Positions 1 through 15,287 are shown, counted from the stretch's first letter. The stretch: 64,000 nucleotides of DNA from Octopus vulgaris (GCA_951406725.2 OX597820.1:96348001-96412000), one strand, 5' to 3'. The notes: generated by a model not told the origin, from the sequence alone. Program-made: numbers and translations.

Positions 1-541
1 GCGGGTTTCCTTTCTTATGGATCATTCCACATATTTAGATAGATCGCTCTCTATCACTCTCTAGAGAGATAGGGAACGTGAGAGAGGAGTAGTAGGTGTT
101 CATTCCTTGAAAAGCCCCAAATTTCTTCCAAGCAAGTAGACAGAAGCTCAAAAAATGCATTCTAGTTGTGACCTTCCAAATTATTTTAAGAAGGTAAGGC
201 ATGATTTGAGAGAGGTTTGGCTGCTGCTCCTAACAATCGAATGCGTTTGTGACTGTGAGCGAAATGTATTTGGAATAGAGACTTTGAGAAATATTCTTAC
301 GTGTATATTATGTACAATTTCAATGTAAACCGGATGGCAAATGTCTTATACAGAAGTACATTTGCTGGGTAGTAGTAAGGAGGAGTCTTCAAAGTTATTC
401 ATTGCAAATAAGAACCGATTACAATTTAACTTTATAGTAGATCACCAAAAAGTACCTAGAAGTCACCTTTCCAGGATCAGATATTCATGAAAAGGTGCTA
501 TTTTTGTTCAGTTCCTGTGGGTATCCCATCTTTTTGGATAT

Positions 542-630
<89 letters not shown>

Positions 631-1418
631 CATATATATATATATATGCACATATGTATGTATATATATTTATATATATATATATATATAATATATATAT
701 ACACACACATTTAGTTTTATGTTGTTTATAAATTATTTTTTAATAAGCACAATGTATTTAAGTATCACATTATCGACTGCGTCCTTTTTGCGCCAATACG
801 GTTGAATGTCATTTAAAGGAAACTAGACTACTATTTCTACTAAGCCAAGTGGCGATGTAGAATCTTCCCCGTTGGCTTACACAAACTTTACCGTGAAAGC
901 TCTCTCGGTCACCTGTACCTGTGTTGAAGTGGTAGCAAGATACCTCTCATTATTTGGTGTCGCCCGTTACATGCACTACTATTCCACCATGTGTTGCATG
1001 CAGCATTTTCCACGTGAATATTTGCGATGTTGTGAGAGCGAACCGCTTCTAGTGTTTATATTACCAACATGTCTCTGTAGCAATAAAAACATTTAATAAT
1101 CCCTCACTTTCCCCTACCCCATACCTTTCTCTCTCTTTCTCTCTCACTCTCTCGCTATCTGCCTGTCTGCCTCTCTCCATCTTTCTCTCCGTCTCTCTCT
1201 CTCTTTCTCTCACTCTCTCCCTCTCTTTCTCTCTCTCTCCCTTTCTCGCTATTTCTCTCCATTTCTTTCTCATTTACTTGTCCCAGCTTTATTTCTTTTT
1301 TTTTTACTGTCTTCCACATTTTGTCTTTTATCTTTCTTTCCTTGTACTTTCTTTGATTATTTTTCTTTCGTTCTACGGATGGCTTTCTTCCTCAATTTCC
1401 TTCTCTTTCTTTGCTCAG

Positions 1419-1465
<47 letters not shown>

Positions 1466-2356
1466 ACACATACACACACACACACATTCATTCATTCATA
1501 CACGCTATTTACAAACAAACACGATGTTCACACACATACACTGTACACACATACGCTGTACATACATGCACACAAGTCATATGCAAACATACATACATGC
1601 ACAGATACATGCATACATACATTCACACATACGTACGTACGTTCGTACATTTATTCCTCTGTCAGTTATGTTTAAACAGTATGAATACCTGCTTAATCGG
1701 CACGTCACTATAACGCTTCTGGTAAAGACTTTTTGATATCTGAGAGCTAAATATTATTTGCTCTGCAAAGAGCAATCACACCGAGGTATCATCTATCTAA
1801 AAACACTTTCCAAAGGAATAAAACTATTCAATATAATAAACACAACTGTAAGCGACGAAGAGAAATTCTATTATACAGTCTTTACTGAAAAACCTGTGCA
1901 TGAATGAGAAATCCAGATTTTCACATCAGTAGAAATAGAAGTGAAGAATGTTATTCAATCATGTCATATTTTCAGATAATTCACATATTTTGCTGATTAT
2001 TTTATATTTCTTTAGTAAATAATGTTTTATTTCAAAAGATTTTCCTAGATAATTTTTGTGCATAAAAAGTTATAATTCTCAACAGCAACCATACTAATTG
2101 TGATTTTTTTACAGTCATATAATCCTATAATCACTATATTTTACTTTGGTATATATTATTTTTAATGTTTGGGGGGAAAAATTCGTGAAATGTTCCGAAA
2201 GTGATCATTAAACAAATACCCAACAGGTAAAGCACCATTCAAAAGGAGTAAAACATTATGTATGTATGTATGTATGTATGTATGTATGTATGTATGTATG
2301 TATGTATGTATGTATGTATGCATGTATGCATGTATGTATGTGTGTATGAGTGTATA

Positions 2357-2722
<366 letters not shown>

Positions 2723-2799
2723 GTGTATGTATGTATACATATTGAGTATAGAGATACCTCTAAAAGGGAGTATTATTATCGTTTATACCGCTTAAATTT

Positions 2800-4175
2800 T
2801 GTTCACTAATTCCAGCTTATAATATTTCATTGTTATTAAGTGTATATTTATTAAAACCATAATACCTATTTTACTTAGAGTATTTAGGGTTTTGGTCACC
2901 TACAAATTTATCCAAATTATTCTTATTACAGTAGTTATTGTTTGGTCCGTAATATTTCAACTTTTGTTTATAACCGACTTTCATAAGTGCCAAGTTATAA
3001 TAATCTACTGCATTATCAAAAATTTCCTCATTTGACGACAGGTAAGATATCCTTTTTGAAATATTCGAGACCAGAGAAATTGTGACAGATCTAGGATGAT
3101 TACATCTAACATTTATATACCCTAGGTTGGTGTTAGGCTTATGGTAGGGTTTGTGCTTGTCAGTGACAAGGTTTAGGTTCACATCTAGAAAGTTAACTGA
3201 ACTATGTTCGTTTTCAATAGTAATGGATAGACCAATGTTTTTAAAGAATTTATGAAATTTCTTTTTATATGATTCCAATTTTCTATCAAATAGGTTTCTA
3301 AGAGTAAAAAGTGCGCCATCCCTATACAAACCCGCCCCAAGTTCAGAAAATCCTTACTTAAGTTGAGTGGCTGTGTGGTAAGTAGCTTGCTAACCAACCA
3401 CATGGTTCCGGGTTCAGTCCCACTGCGTGGCATCTTGGGCAAGTGTCTTCTGCTATAGCCCCGGGCCGACCAAAGCCTTGTGAGTGGATTTGGTAGACGG
3501 AAACTGAAAGAAGCCTGTCGTATATATGTATATATATATGTGTGTATGTGTTTGTGTGTCTGTGTTTGTCCCCCTAGCATTGCTTGACAACTGATGCTTG
3601 TGTATTTACGTCCCCGTCACTTAGCAGTTCGGCAAACGAGACCGATAGAATATAAGTACTGGGCTTACCAAGAATAAGTCCAGGGGTCGATTTGCTAGAC
3701 TAAAGGCGGTGCTCCAGCACGGCCGCAGTCAAATGACTGAAACAAGTAAAAGAGTAAAAGAGTAAAGAGTAATACCCACAAAATCGGTGACCTGTGACGA
3801 ATCAGCTGATCCCATTGTTATATCAAAGCTATCGTTAGTATACTTTCTAACCCAATATTGGTTGACAAATTTAATAATTGTTTTTTTTTGGCACCTAAGA
3901 TAATGTTAATTTCATTCATATTTAGGTTAGAGTTCTTTCTAGCGAACAAAAGGGCTTTGTTTAGTAATATAGGGTTAACTGAAGAATAATAATTATCTAT
4001 ATCAATTCGTAAAATCTTGGTTCTATTTTTGCTTTCAATTATATTAAACCGGTGTATTACTTCGTGTGTTCGACCAAAGTTACAACTTTAATGTTTTCCT
4101 AACAATCGGCATGAATTTATCAACCATAGTCTTGATTCCTTTACCTAGGTCCGATTTATCTTGGCAAATTAATCT
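2800..4175 (-). mobile_element. Decayed PLE reverse transcriptase interrupted by a SINE
   Basis: Minus strand RLICQDKSDLGK, IDNYYSSV, DSFDITMGSADSSQVTDFVG, LYRDG, NFLDV, YINVRCNHP. Confidence 0.8.
3365..3772 (+). mobile_element. tRNA-derived SINE family A
   Basis: A-box tggctgtgtgg, B-box ggttcagtcc, internal (TA/TG)n, (aaagagta)n tail; multicopy in the window. Confidence 0.9.
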
Positions 4176-4179
4176 TATT

Positions 4180-4800
4180 TTTTCACTAAATAGCAAGAAA
4201 TTGAACAGTTTCTATAACGGTAAAAATAAATGCAATGATGATGAATCACATAACAACCTAAATTTTCCAAATTCTAATGAACGTCAAATTAGATCTCACA
4301 GTGAGGAAAGGGAAGTAACTCACGTAATATGCCATTTTGAATATAGAATTATAAATGAAAAAATTGACGCTAAAGATAAGACTAGTATTGACCACAAATT
4401 TATTGAGAAAGATAAAAATACTCGTTGCGATTGTAAATTTAAAGATGAATGTAAGCTTAATTTTTGTAGATAGAAAAATGTTGTATACAGCTGCAAGGTA
4501 GAAGTCTTTGGACTAAATTACTATTACATTGGATCTACGGCAAATTTTATTAAACGTAGAAACGCCAACCAGAAAACATATTCAGAAGCAAAAATAAATC
4601 AAACTCCACCAGTTTTAGTAAATTTATTTGGGAATTAAAGGACAAACATAAGGATTTTAACCTCAAGTGAGAAATTATCAGCGATGTTAGATCCTATAAA
4701 GTGAATGACACTAGTTATCATCTTTGTACTGAAGAGAGCTTCCAAATTTCAAAATCTAAACACAAACTTCTTAACAGTAAATGCGAATCTAGTTTAGCAT
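4180..4800 (+). mobile_element. Decayed PLE GIY-YIG endonuclease region, inverted relative to the adjacent RT
   Basis: CDC..ECKL..CR*KNVVYSC..YYIGSTANFIKR. Confidence 0.7.
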
Positions 4801-5427
4801 AAATTCGTATAAAAAACTACAAATAAACAAAAATAAAATAAAGCATTAACTTGGATAAAATATAAATTGGATATTTTGATAGATATAGAATATGTCCTAT
4901 AAATTATGATTATAATAACATTCTATTAGGTTGTGTGGAATAAAATACGAGAATAATTCATTATTAGATATAATCGTATAGAAATATTTGTTATAGTAAT
5001 ATTAATAGATTTCCCGAATATGGGTTTTCATTATTTTGTCTAATGATAGAAATGTATGCAATGTATATTCTGATGACGTAGAATACGAATAGCTTAACTG
5101 TAGTAAGTTTGTAGTTTTCAATTGTATCACATGCTGAAACATTAACGCACATACGCACACATGAAATATAAACAAAATTTGATACACAGGCAACGGACTC
5201 TTTTAAATTATTAAAACGCACACGCGAAAATAATTTTAACGTACACATGCACACAAATAAATAGAAACAAAATGTATTATTGCTATTTCAAGATGCAAGC
5301 TTTTAATTTTGAAATTATTTGTTTGTAATTGATTGAGTGAAACAAGTTACAGAGAATTTTGATAAAATGTAGATAAATTGAATTTTATCAGTTAAAACTC
5401 CATTTTCTCCTTATTATATCATATATG

Positions 5428-5466
<39 letters not shown>

Positions 5467-6381
5467 AAATAGAGAAGGAGCGAGTGAGGTGCATATATAC
5501 ATACATTCCTGCATACATAAATGGAGGGTGCTCTGTCGTTTACAACAGCGAGCGTTCCAGTTAATCCGATCAGTAGAACAACCTCCCTGTGGAATTAATG
5601 TGCAAGTGGTTGAGCACTCCACAGACATGCGTACCCTTAACGAAGTTCTCAGGGATATTCAGCGTGACACAGATTGTGACAAGGCAGGCTCTTTGAAATA
5701 CGAATATTATCTGCATGTAGTACATTTATTTCAAAGGACCGACCTTGTGCAACTAATTTTTGGTAGCTGAGTAAAAGTGGAGCCAAGTGAAATGAAGTGT
5801 TTCAATCAAGGACACAAAATACCGCCGGGAATCAAACTCATCACCATACGATCGGAAACCGAACACCCTATCCACTAAGACACACTTCTTTCAACATACG
5901 TACATACATACATACATACATACATACATACATACATACATACATACATACATACATGCTGGTTGCCCCCTCGTTGCACGAAGCTTAATCAATGTTGTTA
6001 TCGTGCAATGCTTGTGCAAGAATATTTTTTTAAAGTGAGGAAAGGCTGTGCACTGAGTCAATCCCACTCACTAAGCAACAGCAGCCATAATCCGAAAAGA
6101 AGAACAAGTCAACATCATCGGTAACCACTGAGCCGCAGGTTTTATGTCGGAGTTATCCCAGTTACTTGAGTTACCTTCTCCTAGAAGGATGCCTTAACAA
6201 AGGCTAGGAGTCCTTCACTCACAATGGTTTAACCGCGCGATCGGGTATTCAGTCAGATTATTTCTATGTCCCCGCGCATGATACAGCCTTAAGACATTTA
6301 TTGGATGGCCGTTGACTCTCAAGAGTTCCTCCGCCCTTTGACATACATACATATACACATACATATATGTGTATGTATCTT

Positions 6382-6444
<63 letters not shown>

Positions 6445-6697
6445 GTCTGTGTGTATGTGTGTGTGTGTGTGTGCATAGATTATAGATCACAACTGTTCGA
6501 CGAACGGAAACATGAAACTCTGAGTGGCAGTCTTCTTTTTTTGTAGAGTTTTTGCAGCTTTAATAAAATTATATTACCTACCGTAGGTATTCGAGTACTA
6601 TTTTTTCAACATTGTACTTATTCGTGAGTATACATGTACACACACACATACACACACACACATACACACACACACATACACACACGCACACACACAC

Positions 6698-6754
<57 letters not shown>

Positions 6755-7060
6755 GTAATTTTTATATTCAACTTAACATGGATACTCTGTTAGAACATAG
6801 AATATTGCGTTATTCACATTGAGAGTTGCTCTCATATAGGCGCTTGCTGCATAAAATCACACACATAGATCGTACTTGACGAAATTTGTCATGGCCGCTT
6901 CCATTCAAATCTCGCTGGTACGATATATTGAACTTCAGCATCTTTTCAGAAGCTGATGTCACAAATGCCCAACAGGCTTATTAAAAATTAATTATTAGCG
7001 ACAGAAGCAGAGTTATTTCTTTATAAGCCTACAGGCTATTGTGCGTGTGTGCGTGCGTGC

Positions 7061-7179
<119 letters not shown>

Positions 7180-7639
7180 CAGCTTCTTAGATGATGGCTG
7201 AATAAGTTCATATAATATGAATAGCGAAACCATAGATTTGGCATGTATTTAATATGAATATATTTAAGCAGTTCCGATTCAACATAATTTACTTCAGCTA
7301 AATCCAACAACTTTGACACAACAATAGACTTTAATAAAAGCAAACACTAGCCTCACAAAGTACAAATTAGTATACTACTTGCATTCATATAATTCTAAAC
7401 ACTTCTCAGCTGGAATAAGTAAAAGTGTCTCTGGTTTATCTATAGGAATATCTTGAACAAAGTAATGTACTGTTTTAATGATGAGCGAGCTAGAAGGGAT
7501 TTCAGCGAAAATGTGGTCTATATGGATAAGACCTACCTTATTACCAGAATACAATCAGAAAGATGAAAGTCACCTATATATAGCACTACAAATGTACTCG
7601 TGGTTGTTATAGCTCTAATAAGGCCTCGTTTCTCACCGT

Positions 7640-8030
7640 CGCTCAAATACCAAAAGCTCTTTAATAAATATAATGCTAAGCTCAGTTATTCCTGTTTTAG
7701 CAACATAGTTTCTTAGGTCAAATGCTCCGAACATAAACACACTATCATAAAAGACATCAACTCATCAACAAACTTGTTGCAATTATGATCCAACCAGTTG
7801 ACCACTCAAGGGATTCAAACTCACCGCAGAAGTATACACAGAACAAATATAACACTATTAAACACCATTAAAAATATAATAACATGGGTCTAATTGCAAA
7901 CACATTTAAGAGCCTTTTCATTTAACATATATGACGTTCAGATCTTCAGATCAAAGAATAAGGAAATTTCACATCTCAAGCAATTTGTCTGGAAACTCAA
8001 TACCAAGAACTGACATAATCCCCAGTATTA
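7640..8030 (+). mobile_element. Possible decayed PLE endonuclease remnant
   Basis: KLSYSC motif at ~7678 and downstream NMGLIANTFK / QFVWKL-like segments. Confidence 0.35.
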
Positions 8031-8401
8031 TAAAGCATCTTCTATAGAAATGCTTTGTACTTTAACAGGTCATATAACTGTATATTTTGTTTTATTGATA
8101 ATATTTTAATAGGTTTCCGAACGGCGGGTTATAACTACCTGAATGGTAAAAGTAATAATGAAACAATCTGTAAAATACTTAACAAGAATGTAGGAGAATT
8201 ATCTAATTGCTGCCAGAAACCACAAAAATTCAGCTTCAGCCAGCTCCATGGCGTAAGTATTTTTACAAATATAGACTTGCACATAATTGTCACCAGAACA
8301 GAAAGTTTAAGCATCTGTAATTCTATTTGTGAGAGCAAAATAATTAAAACCAACTTTACAAATTGCCTAGAGAAATATAATATTCCACTAATGTGTGTGT
8401 A

Positions 8402-8522
<121 letters not shown>

Positions 8523-8532
8523 AAATAATATG

Positions 8533-8690
8533 TGACAATTATTCAATAGCCAAGATAAAACTGTAAGTTTCGGATGCCGAGGTGGAAATCCACAACACAA
8601 TCTCTTCGGTTACCTGGCCATCTGAAAAACGCTAATAATTCCACCTCGGCATCCGAAACTCAGAGTTTTATCTTGGCAATTAAATAATTG

Positions 8691-8693
<3 letters not shown>
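8533..8693. repeat. (TA)n-flanked inverted repeat with ~55-bp arms and an HHR-like 3' half
   Basis: 8533-8588 vs 8639-8693; contains GAAACTCAGAGTT. Confidence 0.7.
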
Positions 8694-8778
<85 letters not shown>

Positions 8779-8914
8779 CTTTACTGCCCACAAGGGGCTA
8801 AACATAGAGGGGACAAACAAGGACAGACGAAGGGGATTGAGTCGATTATATCGCCCCCAGTGCGAAACTGGTACTTTATTTATCGACCCCGAAAGGATGA
8901 AAAGCATATATATA

Positions 8915-9344
8915 GGCGCAGGAGTGACTGTGTGGTAAGTAGCTTGCTAACCAACCACAAGGTTCCGGGTTCAGTCCCACTGCGTGGCATCTTGAGCAAG
9001 TGTCTTCTGCTATAGCCCCGGGCCGACCAATGCCTTGTGAGTGGATTTGGTAGACTGAAACTGAAAGAAGCCCATCGAGTATATATATGTATATATATAT
9101 AAGTGTGTGTGTATGTGTTTGTGTGTCTGTGTTTGTCCCCCTAGCATTGCTTGACAACCGGTGCTGGTGTGTTTATTTCCCCCGTTACTTAGCGGTTCGG
9201 CAAAAGAGACCGATAGAATAAGTACTGGGCTTACAAAAGAATAAGTCCCGGGGTCGAGATGCTCGATTAAAAGGCGGTGCTTCAGCATGGCCGCAGTCAA
9301 ATGACTGAAACAAGTAAAAGAGAGTAAAGAGTAAAGAGTAAAGA

Positions 9345-9346
<2 letters not shown>
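8915..9346 (+). mobile_element. SINE family A, full length
   Basis: Matches 3365-3772; starts ggcgcaggagtg. Confidence 0.9.
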
Positions 9347-9402
<56 letters not shown>

Positions 9403-9424
9403 GAGGAGGAGGAGGAGGAGGAGG

Positions 9425-9759
9425 AGACCCCCTTCGGTCATGAATGACCATGGGATTGCACTAAGAAAGTTACCCTCCGCGGCACAAGTCCGGGCAAGGT
9501 TGTTTGTGGAAGGCTAGCATTCGCCCATGCATACCACCCTCTCCTCTCCACATCACGGATATTATCCAAAGGAAAGGCAAAAGGCCGATACAGCATGGCA
9601 CCAGTGACGTCGCAACTCGTTTCTACAGCTGAGTGAACTGGAGCAACGTGAAATAAAATATCTTGCTCAAGAACACAACACGCAGCCCGGTCCGGGAATC
9701 GAACTCACAACCTCACGATCGTAAGCTCGATGCTATAACCACTGAGCCATGCGCCTTCA
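9425..9759 (-). mobile_element. tRNA-derived SINE family B
   Basis: gaaggcgcatggctcagtggtta..gagttcgattccc head (A and B boxes), then cttgagcaaga..tttatttcacgttgctccag. Confidence 0.85.
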
Positions 9760-10007
9760 CACACACACACACACACATGCCTACACACACGCACAAGCAT
9801 ACACACACATACACATATATATATATATGTGTGTGTGTATAAAATATTAGAAAAAAACTGACCTTTTATCAATTCAAAATGAATAATTAAATTACACCAT
9901 CTAGAAAATTACATATAATAGAAAAGTTAAAATTAAAATAACAATAAAAAGTAAAGATTAAGTAATTTACAAAAATAATATAATGTATATAATATAATAG
10001 GTAGAAA

Positions 10008-10094
10008 AACGACACGTGTTTCGCTGATATATTTAAGAAATAATTATAGTAGTAGAGAAATCACTTCCATATAAATATAGTCGCTCATCGGGTT
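10008..10094 (-). ncRNA. Hammerhead-like motif with CCGATGA core and long stem II
   Basis: Minus strand: aac / CCGATGA / GC...GC / GAAAC-ACGT-GTC / gtt, in a (TA)n-flanked AT-rich element. Confidence 0.5.
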
Positions 10095-10139
10095 AAAAAT
10101 AAAATCGAACAATAAAATAATTAATTAATAAATATACTT

Positions 10140-10196
<57 letters not shown>

Positions 10197-10539
10197 GATA
10201 TATATATATATGAAAATTCTAAATATACATAAGTGAAAAATAAAATAATACTTCAATAATTAAATACTTTAAAATTAAATAAAATACACAAAGCTATTAC
10301 AAGTCATTAAATTTTAATCAAAATAAGAAATGTTTCAAATATAGACAAACTCCTTAAATAAGCTAACCATATAATAAAAATACATGTGTAGTATCTATAG
10401 ATTTAATATAACAATCTATAACAAAATATCAAATAATATAATACCTAATTAACTTAAATGTAGTATTACAAATACATAATCTACCTATATATCAATATAT
10501 AATATAATATATTATAATGAAAAAAAACAGAAAACACTT

Positions 10540-11157
10540 CATACGCCAAAGATGAAGTGGTACGACGTATATCACGCGCAGTTAAACAAGAAGGACGACC
10601 TGGACAATGTTTATTGCTTAGCTGTCCGGAAGTGTTGTACTCCGGAATTACTTTGGCAACTGTGTTTTCGCTAATATCTATTCGTTTGCTAATTAGCTTG
10701 TATCCTAAACCATTCTTGTTCAAATTCAAAATAATTTTCTTCAAATCTTCAGACATTCTTTTCCTTTTGGTGCCATTTTAATTACAATGAAGAAGATTTT
10801 CACTACGATACACAAATCAGAATTCTTACAGATGCAACAACAATGACCGGTGTAAAAATTCCAGGAGAAATAATTTATTAGAATTGAAATTATCAGCAAT
10901 ATCTGAATTTAGTTTTTTAAAAAAGTGGCTAAAATACGGAATATAGCAAATTTCCTTTAGGGTGTACATATTTTTGTAATGTTTGAGAATTAACATTTCG
11001 TTCATATCTTTGAAAATGCTTATTGATTGTGTGTTGTTTGCATGTATAATATACTTTATTCAGTGTAAATTTCGATTGATTTCCTTCGATGTTATCAAAG
11101 TAATGAGAATTTTACTGAAATTTTTTAGAGGTGTACATACTTTTGTGAGATACTGTA
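10540..11157 (-). mobile_element. Tc1-like transposon 5' remnant
   Basis: HTH-like SEDLKKII..GLGYKLISKRIDISENTV..GRP. Terminus TA-CAGTATCTCACAAAAGTATGTACACC, with an inner repeat at ~10958-10978. Confidence 0.8.
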
Positions 11158-11158
11158 T

Positions 11159-11212
<54 letters not shown>

Positions 11213-11497
11213 CGTATGTATGTATGTTGTGTGCGCGCGTGTGTATGAGTATGTATATTAATGATAGTAAAATAGGAGGTTGGTGAGAAATTACGAAGCT
11301 GTAATTAATAAAACTGAACTGTGGGAACGATTGGAAACTAAAGTGGGTGAGAGAGCTGGGAGAGGAATTGAAAGAGTCATCTAGACATATACAGAGAAAA
11401 CACAAGATAAGAGAAAAAAGGAAGTTTGAACATATATAATAATGAATAGAAGGGTAATACATCCAAACAGACATGTATGTACACACACAGCCACATA

Positions 11498-12047
11498 CTT
11501 TCGGACAATTCATGAGGCACCCATTTTACAAATTTAGGAACCTTTCCAAGTTGTTGAAGATGACGATGTGTGATTTGAACTAAGCTTTATTGCTAATTCT
11601 TCAGCTGATAATGCAGGATTTTCTTCAATTATTGCCTCAAAGAGCTTATCATCAAACTCAACTGGACGTCCTGTTCGATCTTCATCTTCAAGGCTGTAAT
11701 CTCCACTTCTGAATTTTGAAAACCATCTCCTCCAAGTTATTTCATTCAAGCATTCTTTCCCATAAACTGAGTGTATGTTTCGAGTCGCTTCGGCTGCAGA
11801 GTTTCCTTTTTTGTACTCAAAAAAGAATTATGTGTCTTAAATGCTCTTTGGATACTTCCATGTTAGAAAGGGTTTTAATCAAAGAAATTTTAATTCTATT
11901 ATTCTGTAAAATAATATTTAATTAGTTTAAATGTACACAAATGCATAAAAATAATTTTTAATTCCATTAGACATTCTAAAATACTATTAAAATCCATTCA
12001 ATTTTAAAAATGGTAAAATCAGACAGAACTTATGGGATAACTTGATA
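11498..12047 (-). mobile_element. Mariner transposon 5' remnant
   Basis: ATG at 11861: MEVSKEHLRHIILFEY..RRWFSKFRSGDYSLEDEDRTGRP..WVPHEL. Mariner-like terminus at ~12015-12047. Confidence 0.85.
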
Positions 12048-12049
12048 TA

Positions 12050-12510
12050 TGTATGTCATTATTTAGTTTTATTTCAATATTTCATGCCAATAAAGAGCCA
12101 GTTTCTAACTTAGATCCAAGGCTCCTTCATTGGAATTTCAACAACTTCAACAGGATATTTTTTCAGTTAATATGCAGTACTTGGAGTCAGTGCCTGTGCA
12201 GATTTGTATGTTTTGTTTCATGTATGTATTCTCATGTGTATAGTTGCATGTCTAGGCATACACACATATATACTTAAATGAAAAACTTTTAGAAAGTTTT
12301 ATAGATTTTTACAGTTCCAGTGATGGCTTGGATCTGTAGCCTTCGAACTATCTTTCTCCTTTCTGGTTTTGAGAAGACTAATTTCTCAATATTGGTACTT
12401 AGGCGGTGTGTTACATATCTCAGTGCCCTAATATTTACAAGTATAAACCTGAACTTGTAATCTGGGTAGAGTAACTACATTTCTACATAGTTCAGCGTAG
12501 GTATGTATGG
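12050..12510 (-). mobile_element. 3' end remnant of an RLE-type LINE
   Basis: Minus-strand translation TYAEL..LLYPDYKFRFIL..ALRYV..RRLQIQAITGTVKI resembles an RLE C-terminus. Confidence 0.55.
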
Positions 12511-12654
12511 GGTTTTTGTGTATATGGGTTGGACTTTAAATTGCATTCGGTAATGGCGCCCTAGTTTTGGAGTTTAGGAGTGCCCAGATTTGTTTATAGG
12601 ATGTGGAACTGCCTTTTAGCCACTATTACTCCCAAATCTACTCTAATCTGAAGG

Positions 12655-13447
12655 ACACTATTAGGCAAATCAACCGTCACTCAATAAATAAATGTCCAGT
12701 TCTTTTCCCACTGACTGTTGGCACTACCTACCTGTGCACTTCCTGATAATTTAAATCGGATCTGCGAACATGAAAACAAACGGCAGCCATTATCGTGTAG
12801 AAGCAATATTACTGTTGTCCCAAATTATTAGGCAGGTGTCCCCAATTTAAGTGTCATTATGGGTCAGAAACGTGATCTTGTCTCGAATGGGAAGTCTACC
12901 ATCGTGTCAGAGCTTGGAAAAGGAAAAACAACCATAGAAATATCAAAAATACTGGGAAGCGATCACCGAACAGTGAAGATATTTGTACATTCTCTAATTT
13001 CTGTCCGGTCGAGGGCATATAGGGATAAGACGAGGGTTGTTTCGACTAGTACTTTGTCACGTGTGAAAAGGGAAGTCGGGAGGAACCCATGTCCTGGAGT
13101 GTCCTGAAGAGGCGCGTTTACCATGATGGGCGGCAGTTGTCAAGTAAAGTTGCCCTCTGGAATGCTATTGTAGATGCCGCTCAAAGCATGGATACAAGAG
13201 GTTATCATCACCTTAAGAAATTCAATGGATCAGCGCATGAGGAAGGTTATTGCATATGGAGGGTCATACATCAAACATTTGGAGCTGTACGACATCATAA
13301 TCCCATTATTATTTTCAGACGAACTTATTATGTTTACCATTAAGTCCTTTATAAATAATGTTCTTGTTAATCCTTTACTATTGAATTAAATAAACGTTTA
13401 TTCTGACACAATTATCATTTTTATTATACTTGCCTAACAATTTGTAA
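12655..13447 (+). mobile_element. Internally deleted Tc1-like element
   Basis: MGQKRDL..EISKILG.DHRTVK N-terminus fused to a WSVLKRRVY..LWNAI C-terminus. ttaggca / tgcctaa terminal motifs. Confidence 0.75.
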
Positions 13448-15287
13448 CGGTGAAAATGTTGTCCTATCACAGAAACGACCACCATTTATTGGTGTCTGCA
13501 GTGGAACGCAGTGTATTAACACTTACCAGGATTCCAGCTGGGGTTAATTTTCACGTAAAATCCATCGAGAATAAAGGACTTCTAACTGTTGCTACAGTAT
13601 CATTCTCGCAGAGGGACATTCTGATGTAACATCTGTGTTTGCTCGTGATTGCTGGTTATCTCGTTTCGGCTTGTCAAAAGGTACTAATTACGGAATCTCA
13701 GAGAGTGATATTCGTGTTGTACAAGCGTTTATCACTATAATCCAAAACTGTAGAAATTTCTCTTTATAGGGTCCTCAGTTGACACTCCAAGCATTGAAAG
13801 CCCTATGATGAACGACTAGTGATATGTACAGATCTAACCAACGGGAAAATTACATTTACAAATCCGCAGATAGGGAGCAGGAGTCTCATTCTAACACCAT
13901 TCCCATGTCTTCCTATGACAGGGATCAACTCTATGGGGAAGGGGAAGATTCTTGAGGGTGAGCAGCCCTTTTTTAGGGAGAGTACTGCTCATCCATTTTA
14001 TTGGCAACAAAATACAAAGCGATAGCACTATTCTATGAAGTGGTAAAGTTTATTTTTACTAGTGTCAAAAATTTAACGAACTAACTCGGGGAAATTTAAA
14101 CATTCACAACGCAAATTTTAAAATATATACAGTTAAATATATATATAATAAAAACTTCAGAAATTAATTGTATACGAACATTTAAATATAAATGTACACA
14201 ACAATATATTTAGAAATATAAACAAATGCTTGTGGTGGCGACGATTACCGATAAACATATAAAAGAACACAGAATCAAGAGAAAAACGAATTAGAAAGGG
14301 CGAAATAGCATAGAACATCCAAATAAACCGAAATCTAACCGCAATAAAAGAAGAGAGATAATTAGAATATTTTTCTCTCTGTAAGGAAGATAAACAAAAT
14401 AAATGAAATAATAAAAATTTTGAAAATAGACGAATCACATTGAAAGCTGCCTTATATATTTTGCTCAAGTAAGTAGGGGAAAAACATGGGACTTAGCATA
14501 TTTAGTTTGAATACACATGCCCAAATTTACCATTTTTTCCAAGTTGCCTAGCAACGAATAAGTTGTGATTAAAGAAGAACATTTTTATTTTAACAATCGA
14601 AACAAGACTGAGAAACACTAATGACTGATATAAATATATACAACAATACTTAAACAAATTGCGAAAAGAAACAATTAATGAAAGAGATTTAGCCTACAGA
14701 TCCATTACTGTGAAGTCATTTAATTGGGTCATTTACAAGTTTTCAAAATCAAGGCAAATTTCACCTACATTTTAATCAGTTGAACTTGTGTAAACGTGAT
14801 ACCTCTATTTTTAGATACACAATATAATTAATAAGAATTTTTTAAAATATGAAAATTTTTCATGAGTAGATTTTAATCTCTATTTGGAATACAAAATTAT
14901 ACGCTTGAAATTGTTCTCAACGCTATGAGATTTGATAAAGATATTGTATATTATTGGTAAACGGGTCTGGAATTAACGTGTAGTTACAGTCAATGCTTTA
15001 ATTTTATTCCTTTTGTGGTTTCAGCCAGTGGCTCGTTCTTACTAACCTAAGAATATATTTGAACCCGACACTTATTATGCTATAAAACCAATTTATTGAT
15101 TCGGTAAGTTATGGACTAGAAAAGGACGCAACATGACATTCCGTGTAAAGGGGGGTAATAATAAAGAAAAAAAGTCATACATATATACCTATATATATAT
15201 ATGTATATATAATTACGCAAGCACACACATATAAAAAGCATATATGAATATATATGTGTGAATGTGTGGGTGTGCATACATACATAC

